Assembly (NCBI GenBank): GCA_028534125.1
Contig: CM052817.1
Location: forward strand, 25,856,001 to 25,920,000
DNA from: Lama glama
Taxonomy: Eukaryota
Direction of reading: 5' to 3'
Length of the DNA: 64,000 nt
This document shows, one piece after another, positions 25,555-37,210 of the stretch. The stretch's first letter is position 1. The number at the start of each line of letters is the position of its first letter. The notes beneath the pieces were generated by a model, which was not told where the DNA came from, did no database searches, and saw only the letters and a list, made by a program, of their open reading frames with translations. A program made the translations under genes and the position numbers.

Positions 25555-28500
25555 TTCCTCGGAGACTCCAAACTGCTTCCTGCAGCACCCGCAATCTCTC
25601 CCACTCCCACCAGCAGCCTACAGGGGTTCCAGTTTCCCCACATCCCCACCAACACTTGACACTGTCTGCCTTTCTGAGGAGAGTCATCCCAGTAGATGTG
25701 GTGTCTGTGGTTTTGATTTGCGTCTCCGTAATGATAATGATGGTGAACATCTTTTCACGTGCTTGTTGGCCAGTGGTTGTTGAGTAGCGTGTTGTTGAAT
25801 CTCCACATATTTGTGAATCTTCCAGTTTCCTTCTTGTAATTGATTTCTAGTTCCATACCATCGTGGTCAGAAAAGATTCCTGTTATGACTGTCTTCTAAA
25901 TTTAGTAAGACTTGCTTTGTGGCCTTACCTGTGATCTGTCCTGGAGAATGTTCCATGTGTGCTTGAGAATAATGTGTATTCTGCTGCTTTTGGATGGAAT
26001 GTTCTGTCAATGTCATGTTAAGTCCATCTGGTCTAACATGTATGTCACTTAAGGCCAGTGTTTCCTTATTGATTTTATTTCAAATGAAAATCTATCCACT
26101 GATGAAAGTGGGGTAATAAAGTCCCCTACTATTATTGTATTGCTCTTTCTCCCTTGAAGTACATTAATATTTGCTCTATATATTTAGGTGTTCCTATGTT
26201 AGGTTCATAAATATTTACAAATGTTACATCCTCTTGTGGATTGACCCCTTTTCATTATATAATGGCCTCTCTGTTCCTTATTACAGTCTTTGTTTTAAAG
26301 TCTATTTTGTCTGATGTAAGTATAGCTACTCAAGCTTTCTTCTGCTTTCCATTAGCATGGAATATTTTTTCCCATTCCTTCCCTTTCAGTCTGTGTGGGT
26401 CTCTTGTAGGCAGCACTTTGGTTTTTATTCATTCTGTCTTTTGATCAGAGAATTTATATTTAAAGTAATTATTGATAGAAAGGGACTTCCTGCCATTTTG
26501 TTAATTGTTTTCTGGCTGTTTTGTAATTCCTTTGTTCCTTCTTTTCTTGCTCCCTTCTCTTCCTTTGTTTTCTGTACTGGTACCCTTAGGTTTCTTTCTT
26601 ATCTTTTGTCTACTATAGGTTTTGTTTTGTGGATACCATGAGGCTTATATAAAATGTATCATTAACAGTCTATTTGAAGTTGATAACAACTTAAGTTCAA
26701 ATGCCTTCTAAAGCTCTCCATGTTTACTCTCCCCATCCACAGTTCTGTTTTTGATGTCACAATTTTTATCTTTTTGTTTATCCATTAACAAATCATTGTG
26801 ATTATAGTTATTTTTTTATTTTTGCCTTTTAACTTTCATACTAGATTTATAAGTACCTACCATTATTCTGAATTTAATTATATATTTACCTTTACCATTG
26901 AGATTTACAATTTCATATATTTTCCTATTATTAATTAGTGCCCTTGTGTTTTAGCTTAAAGAAGTCCTTTAACATTTCCTAAAAGGCCAGTCTAGTGGTG
27001 ATGAACCCTCCTTAGCTTTTCCTTGTCTGGAAAACTCTTTCTCTTTCCTTCAGAACTGAAGGGTAGCTTTGCCAGGTAGAGTATTCTTGGTTGGCAGAGT
27101 TTTTTTTTGTTTTTTCTCTTTCAGCACTTTGAATATATCAGACCCCTCTTCTAGCCTGCAAAGTGTCTGCTGAAAAATCATCTGATGGTCTTATGGGGGG
27201 TTCCATTGTACATAACAAGTTGTTTTCTTTTGCTGCTTTTAAGATTCTCCCTTGTCTTTAAATTTTGACAGTTTAATTATACTTGGTGTCTTGGTGTGAG
27301 CCTCTTTGTGTTCATCTTATTTGGAACTGTCTGGACTTCCTGGATATAGACATGTTTCCTTCCCCAAGCCAGATAAGTTTTCAGCCATTATTTCTTCAGA
27401 TGAGTTTCTCGCCCCTTTTTCCTTTGGGGCTCCTATAATGTGAATATTGGTCAGCTTGATGTTCTCCTGTAAGTCCCTTAAGCTGTAATCACTTTTTCAT
27501 TCTTTTTTCTTCTTGCTGTGCCGACTGGATGAGTTCCACTGCCCTGTTCACTACTGGTCCTTCTTTCGCTTCATGTAGTCTGCTACTGAACCCTCTCTGT
27601 TGTATTTTTCAATTCAGCTCTCCGATCTCAGTTTGGTATTTTCTTATTTTCTCTTTATTGAAAGTCTCTGTTCATGCATCATTCTCCTGACCTTGATGAA
27701 TGTCTTGATGACTCTTATTTGAACTCTTTTATCATCAGGTGAATCACTTATGTTTAACTTCTTTTTCTGAGGTTTTATCTTGTTTTCATTTGGAGCCTAT
27801 CATCTCTCTGTTTCATCATTTTCCATGACGCTCTGTGGGTTCTATGCATTAGATAAAACAGCCACTTCTCCCAGTCTTGAAGGAGTGGTCTCATGTAGAA
27901 AATGAGCCTTATTTTTCTACCTTACCCTAGTTCTTGGTTGTCTGTCAAAACTTTGTGACTGTCTGAACAGCCACCTTGTTCTTAGTGGCTCCCTGTAGTT
28001 GAGGGTGTGCTAAGACCTGTCAGTGTTCCAAAAGGAGCATCTCAGCCAGCAGCTAGATGCAGGCTGATGGAAAGCTGGACTCTCAGGCCACAATTATTAA
28101 GATAAGCAAATAGGCCTCTTTCATGGAAAGACTAGGCATTTCTGTCTCTTGCCTCTGCATTGAGTCCTAGGGGATAGTTGGTTAAGAACTGATTCTGTTT
28201 GTTTCTGTCCAGTAAGACCTGTGGACGTAAGCCCGGCTGGCCACCAGAGCCAGGTGACATCCAGGGGTGTTCCCTGGATGCAGCACCAGACTTGGACACA
28301 AACTCCTTTCTGGAAGATACTGGCAACTTAGAGCAAGGCAGAGGGAGAGCACAAAGATGGCACTGCTGGCCTATGCTGTCTCTGGGTTATTTTCAGTTGG
28401 CTCCTAGATGAGTGTTAAATTAGAAGACTGCCCCTCAGGCCAAAGCTTTGAAGATAAGCAGACAGGTCTCTTTCATAGAAAGACTGGATGCATTTCAATC

Positions 28501-28970
28501 TGCTACCTCTGCACCGGACCCTACCTGGAGGATTAGCCACCATGGGTCCAAACAACCCCATTCAGAACTGTTTCTTAGTTCACACTATCCTTGGAGAGCT
28601 TGTGGATACAAGGCCCAGCAGCTTTCTCAAGCTACAGGTTTGGAAGGCCTGTCTCTGAGGTAGAAGGCCTAAGTCGGAGACCAGATGTGGGGTCCAAACC
28701 CGTCACTCCTCAGGAGAAGCTGGGAGCTGTGATCCCCTCCCAGCTGTGGTATGACTGCATGGAGGGGCAGGAAAATGGAAAGATCATGTCAGCCTCTCCC
28801 ACCCACCCTGATATGGGCTTTTCCTTGTTTACTGGATGCATAGGAGTTGCTTGGCTATTTTCTAGATATTTCTCAGTGGGAATTATTCTGTACATAGCTG
28901 TAGATTCACTGTGTCTGTGGGAGGAGTACTTCAGGAGCCTCCTACATCACCATCTTGAACCAGAACCTAT
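25555..28970 (-). mobile_element. Large decayed L1 (5'UTR, ORF1 region, ORF2 endonuclease, then ORF2 C-terminus)
   Basis: T-rich reverse L1 sequence; EN motifs (tgtcctggagaatgttccatgtg, aagtcccctactattattg); ORF1-region motif gggggttcc...tgctgcttttaagattc; ORF 25382-25750(-) contains KCWWGCGETGT...CWWE. Confidence 0.85.
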
Positions 28971-28974
28971 CTCA

Positions 28975-29225
28975 GTTTCTGGGTCAGTAGGGTAGGCATG
29001 GCTTAGCTGTGCCTTCTGTTCAGGGCCTGACAAGGCTGCACTTGGCTGGAGCTGCATTCTCCTGAGGCTCAAGGTCTTCATCCAGACTATTTGGTTGTAG
29101 ACTTTGATCAGAGGACTGAGGCCTTCAGCTCCTAAAGGCAGTCCGCAACTTTGACATGTGGCACTCCCTACAACATGGAACTGTACTTCTTAAAAGTCCA
29201 GCAGAAGATTCTCTTCCAAGCCTGT
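28975..29225. mobile_element. MLT1E/F-like LTR fragment
   Basis: ggcttagctg...caaggctgca...gaggactgaggcc...acaacatgg...ttcttaaaagtccagca. Confidence 0.55.
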
Positions 29226-30109
29226 GAAGTTCAAGGACTTCCACAGGGTTTATATGCAGATTTTGGCATAATCCCTTTTCAGGATATTCTCCCTCACATT
29301 TTAGTAGTTCTGGCAGCCTCAGTGTTCTGACTCTTCCAGCTAGTAAGACTAAGACTTCACTGTTTAAGTTCTAGCCATCCTGTGCCTCGTGGACCTGCAC
29401 TCAGGTGAAAAGGTATATAGAGATGAATCTCAGTAGATTTCTCTTCTTTGACGAGTGATACCTTTCCAATTTCTACCTGCTTTTGGTTGCTCTTCAATGC
29501 CCTTCAATAGTTATTGTATTTTATCCCAAATCTGTAACTATTATCAGTGGGAGGATTAATTTGCAACTTTGCTACTTCCAAAAACAGAATCTTGCTTGTT
29601 TTTGGTAATCTTACATGGACTCTCTCCAAACACTATCCCTGCATTAAAGCCGAGCCTTAGCCCACAGTATCATAGCTACCTGTAGGTAAGCTTCCAGGAG
29701 TCACGACTGTACGTTGTCTTTTTAGAAAAGTTACTGCAAGTGTCTTATTACACAGGGACTACTGGTTGAAGCTATTGTTCACTGACTCCTTTTAGACAAT
29801 CATTAAGTTTCAGGAAAATTTCTTCTCTACAGATTGCTTAGCACTAGCTTTGCACCTGCCAGTAAGGTGGCTGTTACCATTCTCACTTTATAACAGAGGT
29901 TTGCCCACACAATTTTAATCAGTTAAAGGCGAAGTAAAACTAAGTTCTAATTACAGACTGGAAATTTCTCACTTGATTGCAGTGATCCTGCTGCACACTC
30001 CAAAAATGAGCAAAAAAACCATCTTTATTATGCTTGGCTTTATTAGTAAATGCCAGTTATTACTTGAAACCCTTCTAAAAGCTTTTTTTTTTTTTTTTGC
30101 CATTTCTAG

Positions 30110-30430
30110 GTGTAATGTTCCTGAGAAGATAGCATTTTTCCACAGAAGGCTGTGTTTCTACCCATGGTAGATTTAGAGATGGTCCTTCCTGGATACAGAA
30201 AACAAAACAAAGGCGACCTTTCCAGGTCACCACTTTAACTTCTGTAGAGTGGCAAACAGAGACATATATAACATGCTGTTTATTATACTCTGTATATTTC
30301 CTCTTCTGAGTCTTACATATGCTACGCTCTGCACTGTTACTATGACACAATTGTAAATATTCAGCTTTTTGATAACTTTTATATTTTGAAATATCTCCTT
30401 TAAAATAAACTTACTGATTAGATATTTGTA
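30110..30430 (+). other. WDR19: Predicted WDR19 non-coding terminal (3'UTR) exon
   Basis: Strong acceptor (T16)gccatttctag|G at 30109/30110, AATAAA at 30404-30409; pairs with the donor 13 nt after the stop; 3' end approximate. Confidence 0.75.
30404..30409 (+). terminator. Candidate WDR19 polyadenylation signal
   Basis: AATAAA with upstream TGTA elements; a second AATAAA at 30579-30584. Confidence 0.65.
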
Positions 30431-32500
30431 ATGTTTTCCCAGATTTAAAGACAAAAAGAAAGGAAGGTGGCTTTGAACCATATTGTGAAGGTGAGACAAC
30501 ATAGATGTTAACAGTGTTAAAAAGTCTGAAATGAGAGGGCTTACACAAATCAAGGCTATTTAGCAGAATCAGTCCTAGAATAAAAACATCAAAAATCAGT
30601 AATATAAGCATTTGAAAGAATGAATGAAACTATAAGCTTATGTCTCTTGAGTCATTATACTGCATTATTATGGAATTCCTGTCACAAAATTAAATTTGAC
30701 TTCCTCTGAAGATGTACATTAATCAAAATCTCCAAAGTGGCTGGAGGGTTCCCTCCCTGTACCACACACCCCGTACTACACATATCAGTATATGCTTCTT
30801 TGCCATGCAAAGCCAATGTACCAAAGTCTGAGCGGCTGACAGAGTCACGTAGCCTAGCTCTGACTGTATCAGATGATATGACTGTACAGTACAGCCACCA
30901 GCATCCCGAGCATTACAGAGGTACCTAGGAGCCTAGGGTAGAATCCGAAGTGCCAATATATTCTATAGCATCCAAGTATCCATATGCATGATGCCTCCAG
31001 CTTTATGATCTGTTCTTCCCTCCCAAAGGCTGGCTAGAGGCCTTGGCCTTTCTAAGTGATAATCCAAGTCATTATCATTAAGTTTACCCTTAGTCCCCTT
31101 GTTTTCCATTATCACTAGAGGGATGTTGTAAGGTTACAGGAATAATAAGAGCCACAGGCACTTGGGATCTGTGGGGGTAAGCGCATTATATTTGGGGAGT
31201 TATGGGTCTCAGACACTCACTAATGAGCATAATGTTCCAGAACTTAACATAGGAAGATACTCCTCCAAGTAAGTACAACAATGTGCTCCTTGCTAATAAT
31301 TTCAAGAGGCCAAATAATGGTGCTGCAAATAAAAGACTGCCAAAACTTAAAAGATGAAGGATGAACAGTAGTGGTTATACAGTAGTAGTTTGTTACAGAC
31401 TGCCAAATCCAAAAAAAAATCAAGTATACAGTTTTTCTGCTACAGAGATGCTTTGTGGCATTCCGTAGCTCCAAATCATAATGTACAAGTAAAGGACACT
31501 GTCTGTTGTTCTGGCTGCAAGGAGATTACAGTCCCTTTCCTGAGGAGCACACAGCAAAGTAGGCAGATACGACTTTCATTTCCAAAAGCAACAGAAATGG
31601 AAGAATATGCATAGGAAATTTATGCTCACCTCCTTGGTGAGGTGAAGCAGTCACCAATCAAGGAAATCTTCACTGAACAAGTTCAGGCGGTGCTTTAACA
31701 AAGAGAAGGACGTGGCTCAGTCGGCAAAGGCTTAACGCAATGTTTTACTCCCAAAATGAACACTGATCTACAGGAAAGACATTTTTCACACTGGTAAGTA
31801 CACTTTAAATGTCTCAAGAACTGTCTCACCTCCCAAACAAGACTATCGGTTCCTTAAAGGCAGGGAAGAGAATACTGATTTTACATTCCTTTTAGCACAT
31901 ATCTCAAAGAAGTCACACACACTGCTGAACATTTACTGACAAAATTACGGATTAAAAAATTGCTCGACACCCAAATCCCAGGCTAGCTCCACAGCCTCAG
32001 GGGCCTCTCAACAGCACAGTCACAGGTGTAATCTAAAGTTTCAGCAGGGCCTGTGGAATCTGTCAGGACAGAACTGGATCTCCCAGGGTCAAAGCAGACC
32101 AAAACCAGTGTCCTTTTTGTCCCAAACCAGAGCGAGGTAAGATCCGTCCCAGCCTAGGCCCTACCAGTTTGAAACTGACAAGCGGGGACTCTGGGAGGAT
32201 AAGCATGCCTGACAGTCTTTCTGCAGCCACCATACCTTCTGATAACAAAAAGTCCTCTCCATGGAACTCCGTTCATAGCAGAGACGTGGCTGACACAGAG
32301 GGCAGGTTGGGAATTAGAGCTCTCACTCTTCAAATGCCAAAGTTATGTTTCACACAACAGGTTAGTAGGAATATAGTTAGCTTTTTTATCTACTCATTTG
32401 CAAATTAATAAGGAAAAAATATACCAACATAATATTTTACTGTACAAGATAACAATCTTAAGAATTTGTACATGTATCATTTTTATGTACGTGGAACATT

Positions 32501-32590
32501 TTTATTCCTAATTTATATTTTGCAAGATATTTGACAGTATACAAAGAATACCCAGTTCTAGGTGGTGATTGTTTTGTATTATGATTTATT
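32501..32590 (-). terminator. Candidate RFC1 polyadenylation signals
   Basis: Minus-strand AATAAA at 32585-32590 and 32501-32506 amid TGTA-rich sequence; a possible distal AGTAAA at 31744-31749. Confidence 0.5.
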
Positions 32591-33037
32591 TACAACATTT
32601 CACCACGTAATAGGAACTACCTTTTTTTAAAAAATCAGCATTGGTCCTATAATGGCCATTAGGATAAATTCTTAAGCCTACAAAAGCTGCTTTAGTATCA
32701 CTGTTCCCAGACATGTTACTGTTAATTAAAATCTGACTTCAAAGCCCACATGTAGGTTCTGACTCTGAGTGCACAGTCATTTTGAAGTACAATCTTATTA
32801 GATTGACAGGGGACAGTGGGGGACCCAAGCAGTCGTATCAACCTCTATAAGAGGTGCACATCAGCCTACTGGTTACAACATCCTTCTGGCTGTACCTCCG
32901 TTTGTTTTTATAATGGGACCATGAGGTGGCCCCATTGTGCTAAAACATGGTTCCTTTGGAAAAAGCAAGGCGTCTCCAGACCAGCTAGACTGGTCAGCAG
33001 GGTGAGTAAAGGTTGCTGTCAGTAGTGAAAAACGGTT

Positions 33038-33121
33038 TCACTTCTTTGAATTTTTTCCTTTTCCTTTTCTGGATTCCTTATCTTTTTCTGATTTTGAAGG
33101 CTTTGAAGATTTTGTCTTTTT
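33038..33121 (-). CDS. RFC1: RFC1 last coding exon (probable exon 25)
   Basis: cccaacag|AAA...AAG TGA; KKTKSSKPSKSEKDKESRKGKGKNSKK*. Confidence 0.95.
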   Translation of the reverse strand, partial: KKTKSSKPSKSEKDKESRKGKGKNSKK

Positions 33122-34133
33122 CTGTTGGGAAGGAAAGATGCACAAAATAGTAAACAGCTGTGTTTATGAGTAAATGAAGTAAGTTCATCTGTTCAATAAA
33201 CCCAATCTTTACCTACCACGTAATAAAGAAGAAAGGTTGCAAACATCTAGATCTTGAACTCCCGCTACTCCTCATGAGCCCACCAGCAACAGCTGGGCTA
33301 GCTCAGCCTTTAACTACTGAGAAGCTACTCAGGCTCTAGAACTAAAACATCTTCCCCGCTGTGCAGTTTCTTGGACTTAGAGCACAGGTAAATTAGGAAA
33401 GACAAAATAAGCAAGAGATAATTTACAAATAGGGTAACGTTTTCATGAAGCATTTCCTTTTCTTTCAGTTTCAGATTAGAGCAGGGGAGAAAGGCGGGCT
33501 TCTTATGTCTACACAAGATTAGCAAGAGCCACCCTGGAGAAGACCGCTATTCCCACCCCTGCGCATATAAAACAGGGCAAGAATGCTGTGCACACACACT
33601 AAGGATAGACGGGGATACGAGCTGGATTCCTTGCCTCAACCACCAGTAGCCTGGCCTGACACCACAAATGATTTTAATCTTTCCTAGCAGAAGATAAGGA
33701 TGTTTTGCTCTGAGAAATTTCTACAGGCAATTCAATGGATACAGCAAAACCCCACAAATAACAGAAGGGAGAAATGGTTCAATTTAAAATGCTTTTCTTG
33801 ATTATGCTGTGAAAATGTGTGTCTGTGGGTAAAGCATACACCAATGGCAAACAAAATGGCCCTTCTCCTAACAGCATATAACCACCAATATGATGGCCTG
33901 TTTTCTTGCTGTTTGGCTCTTCCACTATTATAAGCAGACTGTATATAAATGAAATCTGTAACTCACCCTCGGAACTGTGACGAACCAAAAAAACTTTAAA
34001 AAGCATTTTCAGCTTCCTCTGCTACTTGCTAAACAGGCCCTGAATAATTTCTAAAGGCAAGTCATACACAAGAAAAGGTAAGCCACTTTGAGGGAGCATC
34101 ACAGCTTCTCCTATTTGTAGATTAAAACACTAC

Positions 34134-34325
34134 CTTGATCATAGCATCAGTTTCCAAAGTGTCCTGGTCTTTCTCATCAGATTGAGAGTCATCTTCATTT
34201 AACTCTTCGTTGTATTCAGAATCCAGTCCTGGGCCTGTGCTGAGTCTGTGTGTCTTTACTGCCTGAAGTGAATATGGAGTAAGGTGGACTTCCTTATTGT
34301 AAGCTCTTGTGAAGGCTGCCTTCAC
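34134..34325 (-). CDS. RFC1: RFC1 exon (probable 24)
   Basis: VKAAFTRAYNKEVHLTPYSLQ...ETDAMIK; ag/gt flanks. Confidence 0.96.
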
Positions 34326-35446
34326 CTACACGAAAAGAATAGAGAAGGTTTTTTAAAATGTTAAGTGCCAAACAATTCTGTTCAACTCTGTAAGCCTAAA
34401 GGTTTGAGAGAGCCTGGGAACCCCTTGAAATTGTTCGTAAACTATGTATGCATGTACACGTAAATGTGCATGTACGTGCCTTTTTCTATAGAGAAGTTCC
34501 ATATTTTTCATGACATTCTAAATAGAGCCCATGACTCAAAAAGATAACAATCAGTATTTGGGAACATTAAGCAGATTTTTTAAAATCATGTTAAGTCATT
34601 GTTTTTATCTATTCAGTGCTCTGCAGTTCTACAAAGTGATAAGCAAAGTTAGTGAACTAATAAATCAAAAAAGGCTTACAATAAGGTACAAGTTAAAGCT
34701 GGCCTTTAATTACCACAAAATACATAGATTCCCTTTACCGTAGAAATTTAGGTTATTTAAAAGTACTAAGTAACTTGAAAACCCTTAGCTTCAAACATGT
34801 AAATCTAACTGTAGAATTAGCCCACAAATTCTAACAATGGATGTCTCTTGTGAGAATTTACTCATAGCCATTAAGTCACGTCAAAATTCTAGAGGAGGCA
34901 AGCCACAGAGAACATGCACCAAATAAACAGGCACAAAGGTATGGTACTAGATATTACAAATTCATGCTGTCATTTGAATTTTTTCATGCTCATTATATAC
35001 ATCAGGGAAAACATTATTACATAATAGACCATCCAACTGTAACAAATACACTGAATCCACAGATTAGGCAGATTAAGAAAAAGTATAAAAACGCTCAGCC
35101 TGTAAACACTTTTTTCTTTTCATAATGCATTACCATCATCTCACTTTTACTTCCCCCAGCTCATCTGCCCATCCTTATAAGGAATACATTTATATTTGCT
35201 CCTCAGATTTCACACCTTGCTTTTCCACTCAACATAAAGCAAAGATAAAACTACAAATTTTAAAGTCAAATCCAGAAGTCTACTTTTAATATTATACTCA
35301 AATAGTCTTTGGAAAGCATACACCATAAGCAAAAAGCATTTAAGTGAAAAAAAATTAAACTTTTAAAAGTATCTAAAACATCTCTGAAGTACTCCTAGTA
35401 TATGGTAATTACAAAGTATTGGAGACCCAGTGGATACACAATTTAC

Positions 35447-35660
35447 CTTGGGATCCAGCTTGGAGAAGGGACTAGGTCTGCCTCCCCAGCTGCTAATTTC
35501 CATGATATTCTCAAAGTCTTCTTTCATCAAATAATATGCGTCCATAAGAGCAACAACATCCTGTACTCCTTCTATCCCTTGTGAGGTCAAGGGCTGTACA
35601 AGTGCATCCCTTATACGTGACAGATAATCCATGTTTACAGTCCTTTTGCTGGAGTAAGTT
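35447..35660 (-). CDS. RFC1: RFC1 exon (probable 23)
   Basis: TYSSKRTVNMDYLSRIRDALVQPL...PFSKLDPK; ag/gt flanks. Confidence 0.96.
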
Positions 35661-35979
35661 CTTAAACCAAAACAAGAGAGATATACCTGTAGTCAATGGC
35701 AAACTACCACCAACTCAGTTTGCTGGAGTTTAATCCACTTTTAATAATGCTCAATAGAATGCCTACTATTTAACAGCTGGTGTAAGGAAACTTAGCATAA
35801 CACTACCAGGGCAATGGATACACAGCAATATATCTGCACAAATATAGTGGGAGCATCAAAGGAGATACCCCTGGGGCACAGTGATGCATCATCTTTTAAA
35901 AAATGGTGGGCAAGGAATAGGAAAAGCACTGAGAGGTAAGCCTTCAGCTTGAACAATGAGAAGAGCAATGGGGAAAAGA

Positions 35980-36287
35980 GCCCTTTACAGCTTCTAGAGG
36001 CTGCCTACATCTCTTGACCGATGGTCCCTTTTTCCATCTTCAGTGCTGGTAGTGGAAGTGTAGCATCTTCAAACCTCTGTCTCTGATTGACTCTGCTGCT
36101 TCCAACTCCTTTTTTTTTTTTTTTTTGTAAAGACCCTTAATAATTACATTGAGACCAACCAGATAATCCAAAATCTCAAGAGGGGAAAAAATTTGTGTTG
36201 TTTTAAGCCATTAAGTTTTGCTAATTTGTTACAGCAGCAAAAGGAAACTAATACAAGGGTGGCAAAAAAAAAAAAAAAAAAAAAAAA
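35980..36287. mobile_element. Rearranged MLT1C/D-like LTR sequence with internal inversion and A-tail
   Basis: About 35980-36178 is the LTR middle in reverse orientation, about 36179-36255 is the LTR 3' end in forward orientation (aatttgtgttgttttaagcca...ggaaactaataca), then an A-run at 36264-36287. Confidence 0.75.
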
Positions 36288-37064
36288 GACCTAGGCCATA
36301 GGCTATGAAGAGGGAACACAGTAGTAAGTAGAATTCTACAGGAACAGAAGAATGGAACTATCTCAGTTCAGTTTTAACCAAAAGTTAAGGGTGAACCAAT
36401 ATTCTCTCCAGGGATCAGAAAGGGAAATAAGATTACTCAAGTAGTTCTTCATGGTTAAAAATGAATAACTGAAGTTCACTTAATATTTGGGTACACACAT
36501 TTCTAAGTTTCTAAGCTTTAACAAAATTTTACCAAATAATAAGAATTTTTGAACTTCCTTAAACTTCTCTAAGCACACTGGTTTTCAATCATCTGAGTAT
36601 TCACCTTCTGTTATACGTGAAACTGTATCCCCTATTCCAAATGACTAAGTCAGTTTACTATTAGAATAGGAGGTAAAAACTAGTTCGTTTATTTAAATAA
36701 TTCCCTTTTTTCCTATTAAGTTATTTGTAAATCAAGATATTACGTATGCCTACTAGTAACAGGCATAGTCACAATAACAATAAATAATAGCACTACCTCA
36801 GATTTATACAGCTTTAAAATGTAAAGTTACGGCACATCACTGTCTGGCTTTATTACCCAAAGTACCTTTTAAAGTGATCAAACAAGTGTTATACCAATTA
36901 CAGATAATAAAACTGAGGCCCATAAAATATAAGGAACTATCTATGATCATTTATCTAGTTTGCAATAAAACCAAAACAACAAATCTTTGTGACTCATGCT
37001 ATCCGTATGAAAGACTAAACATACCACACTAACAAAATGCCAGACGTGATGTAAAACCACTTAC

Positions 37065-37210
37065 CTGAGACTCATATGCAGTGCTAGGTCCTGAACAATA
37101 CGATCATGTTTGCCCATAGATGAGTGCCTCCCCAACCAGCTTGGAAAGGTGGGAAACTGGGTCATGTACCCTCTCATTAACTCTCCAGGAAGAACACTGG
37201 CATAAATGGC
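37065..37210 (-). CDS. RFC1: RFC1 exon (probable 22)
   Basis: AIYASVLPGELMRGYMTQFPTFPSWLGRHSSMGKHDRIVQDLALHMSL(R); ag/gtaagt. Confidence 0.96.

Noticed and set aside
31626..31645. Short hairpin TCACCTC-cttggt-GAGGTGA (similar one at about 44720-44740)
   Set aside because: Isolated 7 bp stems are expected by chance in 64 kb; no ncRNA boxes seen
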